Below, one piece after another: positions 36,604 to 46,150 of a DNA stretch of 64,000 nt. The stretch is taken from the IMG/VR virus record IMGVR_UViG_3300034069_000341, positions 1 to 64,000 of that record. One strand, written 5' to 3'. How positions within the stretch are numbered: position 1 is the stretch's first letter; every line of letters begins with the position of its first letter. The stretch is from a virus. The position numbers and the translations under genes are program-made. The notes under the pieces were generated by a model. It made no database searches. It was given only the letters and a program-made list of their open reading frames with translations, and was not told the origin of the DNA.

Positions 36604-38703
36604 TCACAAGGCGCAGGATACACAGCCCTCGACCTCCGTACCCGAGAGCGCCGTCTGGCGCAAGCGAACGTAGTACAGGGTCTTGATCCCCTTGCGCCAC
36701 GCGTAAATCTGAGCGCGGTTAAGGTCTCGCGTGGTCGCATCGTCCTTGAAGAACAGAGTCATCGATAGGGACTGATCGACGTACCTCTGCGCGACGGAGT
36801 AGACGTCGATGATCTTCTCTGCCCCGATTTCGTACGCATCCTTGAACAGGTGCATGTTGTCCTCGGTGAGCCCAGGGGCCGGGTAGTACACTCGGCCCAG
36901 CTTACCTTCCTTCCTAATTTCCACTGGGGCAACCGCCGGATGGATGCTTGCCGTAGCGTGGTTGAGGTAGGAAATTGAGCCGGTTGGCGGGACGGCTTGG
37001 AGATAGGCGTTGTAGAGGCCATGCTCCGTGACGTCACGTTTCAGGGTCTCCCAGTCGGAGTTGGTCGGGATGTCGATACCCTCGAACAGGTGCGCGATGC
37101 TCGGGTCAAGAACCCAGTCCTCGGCGATCAGATCGTCAAAGAACTCCCCGGAGGCGTAGCGAGACTTCGGGAAGTCGGCATACGGGCTGCCAGTCTCCTT
37201 GGACAGTTCCATGCTTGCGGTGAGCGTGTGGAAGAGGATCATCCGGAAGTAGGCATCGGTGAATGCGATACTCTCTGGCGAGCCGTACTCCATCCCCGCC
37301 GAGGCAAAATAGCCGTGGAGGTTCATCTGCCCCAGGCCAATCGCTCGGGACATTTCGTTGCCGCGACGGATGGAAGGCACCGAGTCGATATCGCTCATGT
37401 CCGCAACTGCTGACAGGGCGCGTACGGCAGTATGGACCGTCTCTCCGGGATCGTCATGGCTCATCACGTTAGCGACGTTCAGGCTTCCAAGATTACACTG
37501 AATGTCCCGGCCCACGTGGGAATAAGACAGATCAGCATTGAACTCGGAAGGAGTAGTTACCTGTGCAATCTCTGAACACAAGTTACTTAGGGTAACCTTA
37601 CCTTCGTTCTGATGCGCCTTGTTCACCGAGTCCTCAAACATGATGTAGGGGTACCCCGATTCAAACTGCACCTCGGCGACCGTCTGAAGGAAATCACGTG
37701 CGCTGATCTTCTTCTTGCGAATTTCCGGGCGGTCAACCAGGTCGTAATAGATTTCCGAGACGTTCACGTAAGCAAACGGCTTGCCGTAGATTCGTTCGAC
37801 GTCATATGGGGAGAAGAGGTACATGTCCTTGTTAGCTCGCGCCAACTCGAACGTGATGTCGGGAATGACTACTCCAAGCGAAAGCGTCTTGATACGCAAC
37901 TTCTCGTCAGCGTTCTCTCGCTTAGTGTCAAGGAACTTCAGGATATCGGGGTGATGGGCGTGGAGGTACACCGCCCCGGCGCCCTGACGAGACCCTAGCT
38001 GGTTGGCGTAGGAGAACGAATCCTCCAGCAGCTTCATGACGGGGATGATGCCCGAGGACTGCCCCTCAATCTTCTTGATGGGTGCACCCTCCTCACGAAT
38101 ATTCGAGAGGCTCAGAGCCACGCCCCCGCCGCGCTTAGAGAGCTGAAGAGAAGAATTAATCGCTCGACCAATCGACTCCATGTTGTCCTGCACGTCCATA
38201 AGGAAGCACGAGACCATTTCGCCGCGCTGCTTTTTGCCTGCGTTCAGGAAAGTAGGGGTAGCAGGCTGAAATCGACCCGTGATGATTTCGGTGACGATGT
38301 TCTTGGCCTCAGAGGTGTTGCCCCGAGCGAGGTATAGCGCGACCATAGAAACACGGTCCTCGTAGCGTTCAAGGAATCGCTCACCATCGAAAGTCTTCAG
38401 CGCGTAAGACGTGAAGAACTTGTACGCTCCGAGAAAAGACTGGAAGCGGAACTTAAACGAGTACGCGTGCTTAAACACGTCCTTCACCGACTCGAAATCG
38501 TACTGGTCCAGGACCTCAGACTCGTAGTAATTATTCTCCTGGAGATAGTCAAGCTTCTCTCGGAGGTTCCCGAAATACACCGTATTCGGATTTACGTGCT
38601 CAAGGAAGTAAGCCTTAGCCGCCTCATTATCCTTGCCGATTTGCATGCGCCCGTCGGCATCGTAAAGATTTACCAATGCATTAAGGTTGTGATAATTAAC
38701 CAT
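36604..38703 (-). CDS. nrdE: Ribonucleotide reductase class Ib alpha subunit
   Basis: 699 aa; active-site NLCSEI, C-terminal CVSCAL pair; followed upstream by nrdI. Confidence 0.9.
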   Translation of the reverse strand: MVNYHNLNALVNLYDADGRMQIGKDNEAAKAYFLEHVNPNTVYFGNLREKLDYLQENNYYESEVLDQYDFESVKDVFKHAYSFKFRFQSFLGAYKFFTSYALKTFDGERFLERYEDRVSMVALYLARGNTSEAKNIVTEIITGRFQPATPTFLNAGKKQRGEMVSCFLMDVQDNMESIGRAINSSLQLSKRGGGVALSLSNIREEGAPIKKIEGQSSGIIPVMKLLEDSFSYANQLGSRQGAGAVYLHAHHPDILKFLDTKRENADEKLRIKTLSLGVVIPDITFELARANKDMYLFSPYDVERIYGKPFAYVNVSEIYYDLVDRPEIRKKKISARDFLQTVAEVQFESGYPYIMFEDSVNKAHQNEGKVTLSNLCSEIAQVTTPSEFNADLSYSHVGRDIQCNLGSLNVANVMSHDDPGETVHTAVRALSAVADMSDIDSVPSIRRGNEMSRAIGLGQMNLHGYFASAGMEYGSPESIAFTDAYFRMILFHTLTASMELSKETGSPYADFPKSRYASGEFFDDLIAEDWVLDPSIAHLFEGIDIPTNSDWETLKRDVTEHGLYNAYLQAVPPTGSISYLNHATASIHPAVAPVEIRKEGKLGRVYYPAPGLTEDNMHLFKDAYEIGAEKIIDVYSVAQRYVDQSLSMTLFFKDDATTRDLNRAQIYAWRKGIKTLYYVRLRQTALSGTEVEGCVSCAL

Positions 38704-39093
38704 TCAGATAGTCCTCTCATCCATTTTGGTCAAGCCGTTTCTCACGGCGATTACGTCTTCGTCTGTACCGGCAAGCTCAAACCGGTAAAGCATGTCTACC
38801 CCGAGCTTATCGGCGATCTTCCGGGCGCTGATACCGTACAACTTGCCGAAATTCAGGTTGCCTGAACCCACGACACCTTGCAGCATATCACGGTTCTCCT
38901 GGTCACTCAAGAACCGCTTCACCTGCGGCGGGACGTCATTACGCCCAGTGCCATACGAAGGCACGACAAGCACATAGGGGATATACATGCGCGGGGGGTC
39001 GCCGTGAATGGGTATTCGAGTCCTAGACACGCCGAGCTTATCAACGAACCTCTTTGTATTCCCGGTGAGGTTACTGAAGTACACTACATGCAT
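38704..39093 (-). CDS. nrdI: NrdI flavodoxin-like protein
   Basis: Start set to ATG 39093 (MHVVYFSNLTGNTKRFV...); abuts nrdE. Confidence 0.8.
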   Translation of the reverse strand: MHVVYFSNLTGNTKRFVDKLGVSRTRIPIHGDPPRMYIPYVLVVPSYGTGRNDVPPQVKRFLSDQENRDMLQGVVGSGNLNFGKLYGISARKIADKLGVDMLYRFELAGTDEDVIAVRNGLTKMDERTI

Positions 39094-39098
39094 ACCGA

Positions 39099-40340
39099 TC
39101 ACTCTCCAATCTTCTCTAGGAACCAACGTTCAATCTCTTTGACCGTATGCTCAATACTATCAGACTCAGTTGCATGGTAGTCATGTCGGAACTGGTAAAA
39201 TCTGTCATGTGCCAAATTCAGATCGGGCAAATCGTTCTCCCGGATTCGGGCGTGAAGGATGTTATCCCCGAGGGACAGGAGGGCGCGCGACTTCTCGGTG
39301 TCCAATTCAGTCTTTTCCCGGTGCCAATAACTTCCATCGTACTCGACCAGTAGGTAGCGGTGGTTGTAGTAGAAGATCATGTCTACCTCGACTCCGACCC
39401 TTCCGGAGGCGTAGGTCAACTGATTTAGTCGCAGTCCGTGCGCGGTCAGGGTGAGTTCGGTTTGCTCAGTGAACGCCTCGATAAAGCGACCCTCGATCTG
39501 GCTAGTTCGTTTAGCACATTTTGGGCAGCCATTCCCAGTTGCCCGACTATCGACTCTCGCCTGCCAAGAGTGACCTTCAGCGCACTTCCACCAAGCCTTA
39601 TTATGGGAAGATGCGGATACATCCCCCGGAGTCAGTTCATTCCTATCGAAATCCCATTCTCGCGCCAGTTCAGGGTTATTAATTGACAACCTATTGGCAT
39701 CTGATGCCCGCCGACCACTACAAAAAGGACAGCCACTTCCTCTTGATCGGTCACCAATTATTGCCTGCCAGGAGTGATCGTCTGAACATATCCACCAAGC
39801 CGTCTTGTCAGAGGACACAGTTACGTCACGGGGGGTCAGTTCATTCTTAACGAAATCCCATTCCCTTGCGAGTTCAGGTCTATTGGTCGATAACCTATTA
39901 GTGTCTGTAACCCGTCGTCCGCTGCAAAAAGGGCACCCGCGCCCTCTTGACCGGTCACAAATTTTAGCCTGCCAAGAGTGCCCCTCCGAGCACGCCCACC
40001 AAGCCTTCTTATTAGAAGATATAGCTACCTCATCTGGAGTCAATTCATTTTTGTCGAAATCCCATTCTCTTGCGACCTCAGGATTGTTAATCGACAGACT
40101 GTTAGCGTCTGATACTCTGCGACCACTACAAAAAGGGCACCCCTTTCCACCTGACCGACTATTAATTGCTGCCTGCCAAGAGTGCCCGCTAGAGCACGCC
40201 CAAACCAACTTCATCCTGCTACCATGAGTCAAAGAGTCCAGTCTAGCATACGTCTCCGGGAACATCTCGGATGATCCGTCGTGGTCAATATCACCCCACA
40301 GCGCTACGTCCTTCAAGTACACCTTTTCCCGCGTAGCCAT
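39099..40340 (-). CDS. Four tandem zinc-ribbon (DUF4379-like) repeats fused to a C-terminal Vsr/DUF559-like PD-(D/E)XK nuclease domain
   Basis: 413 aa; W.C..GHSWQA......G.GCP.C every about 64 aa x4; C-end VEVDMIFYYNHRYLLVEYDGSYWH...D. Confidence 0.6.
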   Translation of the reverse strand: MATREKVYLKDVALWGDIDHDGSSEMFPETYARLDSLTHGSRMKLVWACSSGHSWQAAINSRSGGKGCPFCSGRRVSDANSLSINNPEVAREWDFDKNELTPDEVAISSNKKAWWACSEGHSWQAKICDRSRGRGCPFCSGRRVTDTNRLSTNRPELAREWDFVKNELTPRDVTVSSDKTAWWICSDDHSWQAIIGDRSRGSGCPFCSGRRASDANRLSINNPELAREWDFDRNELTPGDVSASSHNKAWWKCAEGHSWQARVDSRATGNGCPKCAKRTSQIEGRFIEAFTEQTELTLTAHGLRLNQLTYASGRVGVEVDMIFYYNHRYLLVEYDGSYWHREKTELDTEKSRALLSLGDNILHARIRENDLPDLNLAHDRFYQFRHDYHATESDSIEHTVKEIERWFLEKIGE

Positions 40341-40343
40341 AAA

Positions 40344-42278
40344 TCACAACCTCCACTTCTCCTTGTAGTTAGCAAATCCCCACGTGCCGTCAGCCTTGCG
40401 GTATCGAGCAATCGGTCCAGCGCCTTCCGCTGCAAGAGGGAAGTTGGACATCCAATTCGGTGCTGTCGTCATAATCTCACCGATCCGGTGCAGCTCGCTC
40501 TCGGTGCTCGCTTCAACGATCACCTCATCATGAACTGATCCTACAGTACGGAAGCCTTCACGGTCAAGGCGTACCAGCGCATCGGTGAGAACGTCCCTGG
40601 CGTACGCCTGAACCAAATTTTCGCAGATGATACCGCCCCATACCTTGACAGGAAACCCCTTCTTGCGGTAGTCCTTTCGGTAAATTACCTCCTGCTCTTT
40701 TCCAGTGAAGGGGTTGACCTCGGTGCGCTTAGTGCAATTCCTATAAACAATGCTGCGCCCAGAAGGCAAAACCAAATGACGATTCGATCCATCCTTGAAG
40801 AAGGACACGTCACCGACTGACCCGCCTTCCTTGAACGCTGTCATAAGGTCCCGCCAGTATTGGACGATACTCTCATTAGCGTTTCGCCACTTGTAGACGA
40901 TATCCATGAGGTCCTCGTCAGTACCTGGGGCACCGAATGCCTTGAGCGCACCCTTAGAGCCGCCGTATCCGAGTGCAAGAGTTGCGATCTTGCCTTGCTT
41001 GCGGTACTTGGCCTTAGCCTCTTCGTATGAAACATCATACATTCGAGACGCCGCAGAAGAGTACAGGTCCTCTCCGCTGAAGAAGGCGTCAATCGCCCAC
41101 TGCTCACCGGCCAAATGTGCCAGGACCCTGGCCTCGATTTGGCTATAATCCACGACGGCGAAAGGCCCAACAAGCGATGAACGAATCATTCGCTTCAAAT
41201 CCACCTGGGGAGTTGAGAGTCCCAACTTCAAGTCAATGATCCGGGCTTCAACTTCGGTGTCATCATCAGCGATGCCCTCGGAGGGTAGATTCTGCAACTG
41301 AAGCCTGCGCCCCGAGAAGCGTCCGGTGTGCGCCCCGTAGTACATGAGCGTACCTCGGATTCGACCGTCAGAACTCACCGAGTCAAGTTCCGCCTGGTAC
41401 TTGGCCGACGACGACAGGGCCACATGCTGCCGGAGTTCAAGCACCTCTCGAACATCGGCGGGAAGATCGTCCTGCTCCAAGAACTCCTCGACCGCAGCCT
41501 TATTGAGCGAATCGACCTCAAGACCCTGCTCTCGGAGCCAGCCACCCAACTGCGAGACCGAGTTGGGGTTAGGCAGGTCGGTGAGTTCCGCCATGCGGTC
41601 AAGAGCCGTTTGCTTGTTGCTCTCGGACATGGCAACCGCTGCTAGGGCCATATCGACGTCGATCCTCACTCCGCGATCATTCGTTCGCTCAGAGACATGC
41701 CACGTCTCCACCTCGAAATCGGTGACCGAAGGCTTGAGCTTCTTGTGGATATCGCGCATCGCGATAACATCTTGCGCACAATAGTCTACAAAGGATTGCC
41801 ACCGCTCGATATCATCTTCCGGTGTGCGGAAGGTTCCGTCCTTTTTCGGGGTGCAGAAGAACCTAATAAGCGCCGAACCCGCCTCGTCCTTGAGTTCTCC
41901 TCCCATAGCCTTAGCAAGTTCCTTCAGCGACAGCGGAAGCCCAGACCACGCGGCAAGCACCATCGTGTCCTCAAAGACCTCGGGAGGAATATACGAACCG
42001 ACCGGCATTCCGATGTAAGACGAGAAGCACACGCGCTCGAACCCGGTGTTATGGGCGATGACCTTGAAGTCCTCACCGCGATCGTGTCGCTCAAGGATAT
42101 CTCGGATGATGCCCCGCATCTCATCGGGGTCCGTGCTCGTCTGCATCGGCTCGTCATTCCACGCCCATGCAAGCATGAGGATATCGAACTTCTCGTCCTC
42201 GGCGTATCGGTAGACGCCCGTCTTCTTCAGGTCTGCGCCTGAGCGCGTCTCGATATCGAGATAAAGGCAGTCACCCAT
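40344..42278 (-). CDS. Family A DNA polymerase with 3'-5' exonuclease domain
   Basis: Exo I LYLDIETRS; motif A VVDYSQIEARVLA; motif B RKQGKIATLALGYGGS; motif C GSVHDEVIVE; start set to ATG 42278 (MGDCLYLD). Confidence 0.9.
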   Translation of the reverse strand: MGDCLYLDIETRSGADLKKTGVYRYAEDEKFDILMLAWAWNDEPMQTSTDPDEMRGIIRDILERHDRGEDFKVIAHNTGFERVCFSSYIGMPVGSYIPPEVFEDTMVLAAWSGLPLSLKELAKAMGGELKDEAGSALIRFFCTPKKDGTFRTPEDDIERWQSFVDYCAQDVIAMRDIHKKLKPSVTDFEVETWHVSERTNDRGVRIDVDMALAAVAMSESNKQTALDRMAELTDLPNPNSVSQLGGWLREQGLEVDSLNKAAVEEFLEQDDLPADVREVLELRQHVALSSSAKYQAELDSVSSDGRIRGTLMYYGAHTGRFSGRRLQLQNLPSEGIADDDTEVEARIIDLKLGLSTPQVDLKRMIRSSLVGPFAVVDYSQIEARVLAHLAGEQWAIDAFFSGEDLYSSAASRMYDVSYEEAKAKYRKQGKIATLALGYGGSKGALKAFGAPGTDEDLMDIVYKWRNANESIVQYWRDLMTAFKEGGSVGDVSFFKDGSNRHLVLPSGRSIVYRNCTKRTEVNPFTGKEQEVIYRKDYRKKGFPVKVWGGIICENLVQAYARDVLTDALVRLDREGFRTVGSVHDEVIVEASTESELHRIGEIMTTAPNWMSNFPLAAEGAGPIARYRKADGTWGFANYKEKWRL

Positions 42279-42480
42279 CAATCCTCCAAGCGATTCGCTG
42301 CATTGTCCGCTGAGCCATATACGCGGCTGTCGGTGAGTCATATGGCCCAGTTCGCCACATACCGTCAACGACCTGTACCCCTGCATAGTACTTCATCGGC
42401 TCAGGGTCACGCAACCCAGCCTCCACTCGCCACGATGACTCTAGACCTTCGGTGGGGTGATACGTCTTCTCGTTGTCCAT
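42271..42480 (-). CDS. Hypothetical protein
   Basis: 69 aa, AAAGGAGAAC RBS, overlaps polymerase start. Confidence 0.5.
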   Translation of the reverse strand: MDNEKTYHPTEGLESSWRVEAGLRDPEPMKYYAGVQVVDGMWRTGPYDSPTAAYMAQRTMQRIAWRIDG

Positions 42481-42500
42481 GTGTTCTCCTTTCCGAGACG

Positions 42501-42540
42501 ACTAAACGGCGCACGGCCCGTAAGCCATGCGCCGTTTAGT
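42501..42540 (-). terminator. Hairpin between small genes
   Basis: ACTAAACGGCGCA / TGCGCCGTTTAGT 13-bp arms, 14-nt loop. Confidence 0.5.
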
Positions 42541-42553
42541 CAGTAATGCTATG

Positions 42554-42763
42554 TCAGAGTTGATCCATCAGACGGTAGACGATTGCCTTGAAGTCTTCGG
42601 TACTACTATCGTCTAGCATTCCGTTTTGCTCCGCATCGTCAATCATGGCCTGTAGAAGGTCACGAACGACTCGCTTGGTCTTCTGTAGGTCCCTATTGTA
42701 GTCACCGAGGTAATAGGGGTCGAGACCGTGCCCCGTCCCGTAGCCCGCCGCGAAGACCGTCAC
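42554..42763 (-). CDS. Hypothetical protein
   Basis: 69 aa, overlaps upstream gene stop. Confidence 0.45.
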   Translation of the reverse strand: MTVFAAGYGTGHGLDPYYLGDYNRDLQKTKRVVRDLLQAMIDDAEQNGMLDDSSTEDFKAIVYRLMDQL

Positions 42764-43305
42764 AGCAGAGCCTCGTCGTCATCGTCCTCCGTGTCGAACG
42801 CCTCGAACTCGGACTCGGCGCGAATAGCCCCTGCGCCGAACGGCTCGCCGTCCTTGACCTTCTGGACGTTGCCCAGCGACCAACCGATGCCCTTCACGCC
42901 CTCGAAGTTGTAGGCGAACGCGGTCACCGTGGCGTTGACGTAGCAGCCCGCGTAAATCTCCGACTGGTCGAGGATCGGGTTCACCTGGGCGTCAACCACC
43001 TGGGGCTTAACCTTGTTACGGGCGGAGATGAACATGCAACCCTGGAACTCAGCGCCGTCCTTCTCCTCGCCGTCGCGGATCGGATCGTTCTTGAACTTCT
43101 TCGGGGCCTTGCCCTCGAACTTCTTGGCCGTACCCTCGGCGACCGCCTCCTCAACGGCCTGCTCAAGTCGATCCAGGTTGGCCTTGTCGTCCTTGGGGAT
43201 CAGGAACGTGGCCTGGTACTTCGGCTCACCGCCCTGGAAGGACGTCGGCTCAAAGAGCGACGGGAAAGAGAGGCGGACGTTCTTCAGCATAATACGAGTA
43301 GACAT
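42760..43305 (-). CDS. ssDNA-binding protein-like (DUF2815-type)
   Basis: 181 aa; acidic C-terminal tail DTEDDDDEALL typical of SSBs; close to polymerase. Confidence 0.5.
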   Translation of the reverse strand: MSTRIMLKNVRLSFPSLFEPTSFQGGEPKYQATFLIPKDDKANLDRLEQAVEEAVAEGTAKKFEGKAPKKFKNDPIRDGEEKDGAEFQGCMFISARNKVKPQVVDAQVNPILDQSEIYAGCYVNATVTAFAYNFEGVKGIGWSLGNVQKVKDGEPFGAGAIRAESEFEAFDTEDDDDEALL

Positions 43306-43319
43306 ATATCAGTTTCCTT

Positions 43320-43508
43320 TCAGAGAGTTCCGAAGACGGTCATGTCATCGGCGTAAATATCGGACCAGTCGTAGAACCTCGACCAGTCGGGGGTGGACCA
43401 CCGCTTGCCCTCGTCGTTCGAGAGCGGGTCGCGGCGGACGTATCGGTGAACCTTGTCATCGCGGGTATACCCGACGATCAGGCCAATCTTGCTTGGCTCA
43501 TCTTCCAT
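43320..43508 (-). CDS. Hypothetical protein
   Basis: 62 aa, AAAGGAGG RBS. Confidence 0.45.
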   Translation of the reverse strand: MEDEPSKIGLIVGYTRDDKVHRYVRRDPLSNDEGKRWSTPDWSRFYDWSDIYADDMTVFGTL

Positions 43509-43525
43509 GTCAAGCCTCCTTTTCT

Positions 43526-43831
43526 TCAGACTGCAACTACGCCCTTTAGCGTAGGGTGAGGATTATACCCTGTCACCTTGAAGTTGTCAATGGTGAAGTC
43601 ATCAATGTAATCAATGTTATCAACGTCACCGACAATCTCAAGTTCGGGGAGGGGCACGTGCTCCCGGCTCAACTGCTCCTTCACCTGGTCTCGGTGATTG
43701 TCGTAGATGTGACAATCACCTCCGACCCAGATGAGCCTACCGACACCATACCCGGTGACGTGAGCCACCATGTGAGTCAGCAGCGCATACGATGCCAGGT
43801 TGAACGGTACACCGAGGAACATGTCTGCGGA
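43526..43831 (-). CDS. thyA: Thymidylate synthase, exon 2 (proposed)
   Basis: SADMFLGVPFNLASYALLTHMVA...GGDCHIY...HP motifs continue ThyA exactly where exon 1 stops. Confidence 0.8.
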   Translation of the reverse strand, partial: SADMFLGVPFNLASYALLTHMVAHVTGYGVGRLIWVGGDCHIYDNHRDQVKEQLSREHVPLPELEIVGDVDNIDYIDDFTIDNFKVTGYNPHPTLKGVVAV

Positions 43832-44887
43832 CTTTTCCTTCGCCTGTGTTCGCTAGGCACAGACCGCCATACGGCTGCTGCATGTCGCCATGCAGAAGAG
43901 ACTATATCACGACCCCTAGGGGTCCCCACCATTTCCGCCCGCTTGGGCGTACTCCCTTTCGGGATAGTCGTTAGGCATTTATGAATCTAGGTCAGACCAT
44001 TTACTCCACTTATCAGACTTGGAGGCTATGCGATTACCCACCGTTGCTACGGCAATTCCGTAGTACTTGGCCGCAGCGGTTCTAGATGGATAAACAGTAC
44101 CCTCGATTACTACGGCTTTGGTGTTCGGAGGTAAAACCCCCAAACGAGCGATAGAGAGTGCCCTTTTTGTCTCTTCAGTGTGCTTCTTTCCGTAGAAGGA
44201 GTTTTTATCCCCAGTACGTTCAGAGGCCACCTTGGACAACTTCTCTCGTTGCTCCGGAGTACGCTTATGCCCCTTAGCCCAAGAGTTACCCAAAGCCCGT
44301 TCACGGGCAGCTGATTTTACTTCGTCGGAGTGAGTCCTACCAGTCATTCCGTTAATATGGCTCCCGTGGATAACCTTACGATCTTCCGGAGACATTGACT
44401 CGTAGCGCTCATTAATAGCGTCCGTAATTCTACTTACTATATCGTCCCGATCAGGATTGAACGTTAGATTATCTCCGCAAGTAGATGGACCTATATTATA
44501 CAAGTCCTTCCCCCGCCCAGAATCTAAAAGACTCTGTTCAGCGAATACCGCGTCCTCCAAGTTTTCAACCTCAGACAAGATTGAAAACGTGAACGCGGGT
44601 TCTCCGAATTCACCCCAGTCCCTTTGGAGACTTGAATTGTGGTGTGTATTGTTCCGGAGGTCTGACTTGTGCCTACTCGTCCGTGCACGGTATCTTGATG
44701 TCCTACCAACATACCGCTTGCCATTAACAGTGTTCTTGATTTCGTAGATGATGTATGTCATGCGTACATCATACCACACTTTTGAAAGGTAGTCCCAGAT
44801 TCAATTTAGCACGGGATCGTCTGCTAGAGAGGTTCCCCGTTTAGATGGGTTTGCTACGCCGGTTTCCCGACGAAGGCGCTCTTACGA
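43832..44887 (-). mobile_element. Group I intron (T4 td-like, about 1056 nt) in thyA
   Basis: Separates two halves of ThyA; carries GIY-YIG ORF; core strings CUAAACGGGGAACCUCUCUAG.AGAC.AUCCCGUGCUAAAUUG and AUAAAUGCCUAACGACUAUCCC...GAUAUAGUCU.CU.UGCAUGG.GACAUGCAGC; U at -1 and terminal G at the proposed splice sites. Confidence 0.8.
43979..44761 (-). CDS. Intron-encoded GIY-YIG homing endonuclease (I-TevI-like architecture)
   Basis: MTYIIYEIKNTVNGKRYVGRT...; three NUMOD3-like GRTHSDEVKSAAR / GHKRTPEQREKLS / GKKHTEETKRALS; C-terminal HTH-like AAKYYGIAVATVGNRI. Confidence 0.8.
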   Translation of the reverse strand: MTYIIYEIKNTVNGKRYVGRTSRYRARTSRHKSDLRNNTHHNSSLQRDWGEFGEPAFTFSILSEVENLEDAVFAEQSLLDSGRGKDLYNIGPSTCGDNLTFNPDRDDIVSRITDAINERYESMSPEDRKVIHGSHINGMTGRTHSDEVKSAARERALGNSWAKGHKRTPEQREKLSKVASERTGDKNSFYGKKHTEETKRALSIARLGVLPPNTKAVVIEGTVYPSRTAAAKYYGIAVATVGNRIASKSDKWSKWSDLDS

Positions 44888-45406
44888 ACGCTGGTAGACC
44901 TGGATCGACAGAACATCATCTTCCTCCACGTAGAACTGGAACATGATGTGACACGGTGCCAGCGCCATTTCCGGAATCGCCGTAGGATTCCACGTGGACA
45001 CAACGTGTCGGCGGGAGTACGGGTCGGTCTTGACGGACTCGATCACCTGAGCAATCTGGTCAACGCCGGGAATCAGCCCGTAGTCATCGTAGTCCTCGCC
45101 CCACCGCCTCCACTGGAACCCGTACATAGGTCCAATGTAACCGTACTTGTCTGCCCACTCGTCCCAGATATGAACGTCGCGATCCTGAAGATACCTAATG
45201 TCCTCCTCCCCTCGGAGGAACCACAGCAGCTCCTCGGCAACCAGACGGAACGGGACTCGCTTGGACGTGATGAGCGGGAACCCGTTTCGCAGGTCATACT
45301 CAATGCGACCCCCGAAGAGCGATGTAGTCCCAGTACCAGTCCGGTCGGGACGACTACTGCCCTCCATCAGGACTTCTCGTAGCATGGTCTCATAGGAGTT
45401 AGCCAC
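44888..45406 (-). CDS. thyA: Thymidylate synthase, exon 1 (proposed)
   Basis: GTG start after GGAGG; DRTGTGT, FPL.T.KR, DEWAD, ALAPCH catalytic Cys, ends ...VYQR. Confidence 0.85.
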
Positions 45407-45517
45407 TATATCGTACCTCCTTCACTCGGGGGTCGTACCCCACGTATGTCGCCAAGTGCCGAAGCACCTTGGACTCTGTAGTCGTAGCGTACACGATGAG
45501 CCATGTTGCAAGCAACC

Positions 45518-45682
45518 TCATCGGCGAGTTCCCTCCGTCTCACTCGCCCCGAGGAAGAAAGCCCCCATCAGGAACAGAATGATAGCGGAGATGAGGAACT
45601 GAAGCCACAGCCCCGAAACCCAAACGGCGAGCATCATACTCACCGCAGCCATGATGAACATGAAGATAGACATAATCCTCAT
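45518..45682 (-). CDS. Small membrane protein (54 aa)
   Basis: ATGA overlap with MazG stop; MRIMSIFMFIMAAVSMMLAVWVSGLWLQFLISAIILFLMGAFFLG; hand-translated. Confidence 0.45.
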   Translation of the reverse strand: MRIMSIFMFIMAAVSMMLAVWVSGLWLQFLISAIILFLMGAFFLGASETEGTRR

Positions 45683-46149
45683 CGGTCATCACCAGACCCG
45701 GTGATCTTACCCCGGTCTCGGCGAGACTGCAACTTAGCGAGGTTCATCTCAAGCACCTCGTCAAGCGTGTAGCCGACTCCGTGAGCAAGAGTCGCAATGG
45801 CGTCAAACAGGTCAGGGAAGTCAGTCCGAATGGTCGCATCAAGTAGGTCATCTACCCATCCCGTAAGTGTCCGGGCAGAATATATGACCTCTGCGTCGTT
45901 GAGATGAGTCGTGAAGTCGTCCCCGGCATCCATGAACATAGCGGACGATGCGACGAACCAGATGACGTCACCGAGTTCCTTGGCAACTGCCGTCTTGTCG
46001 AGTTCGGTCTCGTCCCGAATCGACTTAGCCGCAAGACTAACCAACTCACCGACCTCGCCCCACAGACCCAGTGACAGGTAATTCACATCCCGCGCCGAGG
46101 GGAGCGCAAACTCCCATGCCTGCTCAGCGTAAGTGTCTCGAATACTCAT
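45679..46149 (-). CDS. MazG-like nucleoside triphosphate pyrophosphohydrolase
   Basis: LWGEVGELV ... ELGDVIW (EXXE...EXXD pattern). Confidence 0.7.
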   Translation of the reverse strand: MSIRDTYAEQAWEFALPSARDVNYLSLGLWGEVGELVSLAAKSIRDETELDKTAVAKELGDVIWFVASSAMFMDAGDDFTTHLNDAEVIYSARTLTGWVDDLLDATIRTDFPDLFDAIATLAHGVGYTLDEVLEMNLAKLQSRRDRGKITGSGDDR

Positions 46150-46150
46150 A

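Noticed and set aside
36604-42278. Inteins or further introns in nrdE, nrdF, DNA polymerase or large terminase
   Set aside because: Each ORF is continuous and of normal length for its family, and conserved motifs appear in normal order. I saw no Cys/Ser...HN splice-junction blocks or embedded LAGLIDADG sequences.
42279-42386. N-terminal 36-aa extension of the DNA polymerase ORF
   Set aside because: The extension overlaps the upstream gene 42271-42480. The conserved Exo I motif starts right after the internal ATG at 42278, which also forms a coupled stop-start overlap.
43890-43905. GTGATATAGT extended -10-like motif on the - strand inside the thyA insert
   Set aside because: The same string (GAUAUAGUCU) is part of the conserved 3' region of the T4 td intron as I recall it. 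It is better explained as intron structure than as a promoter.
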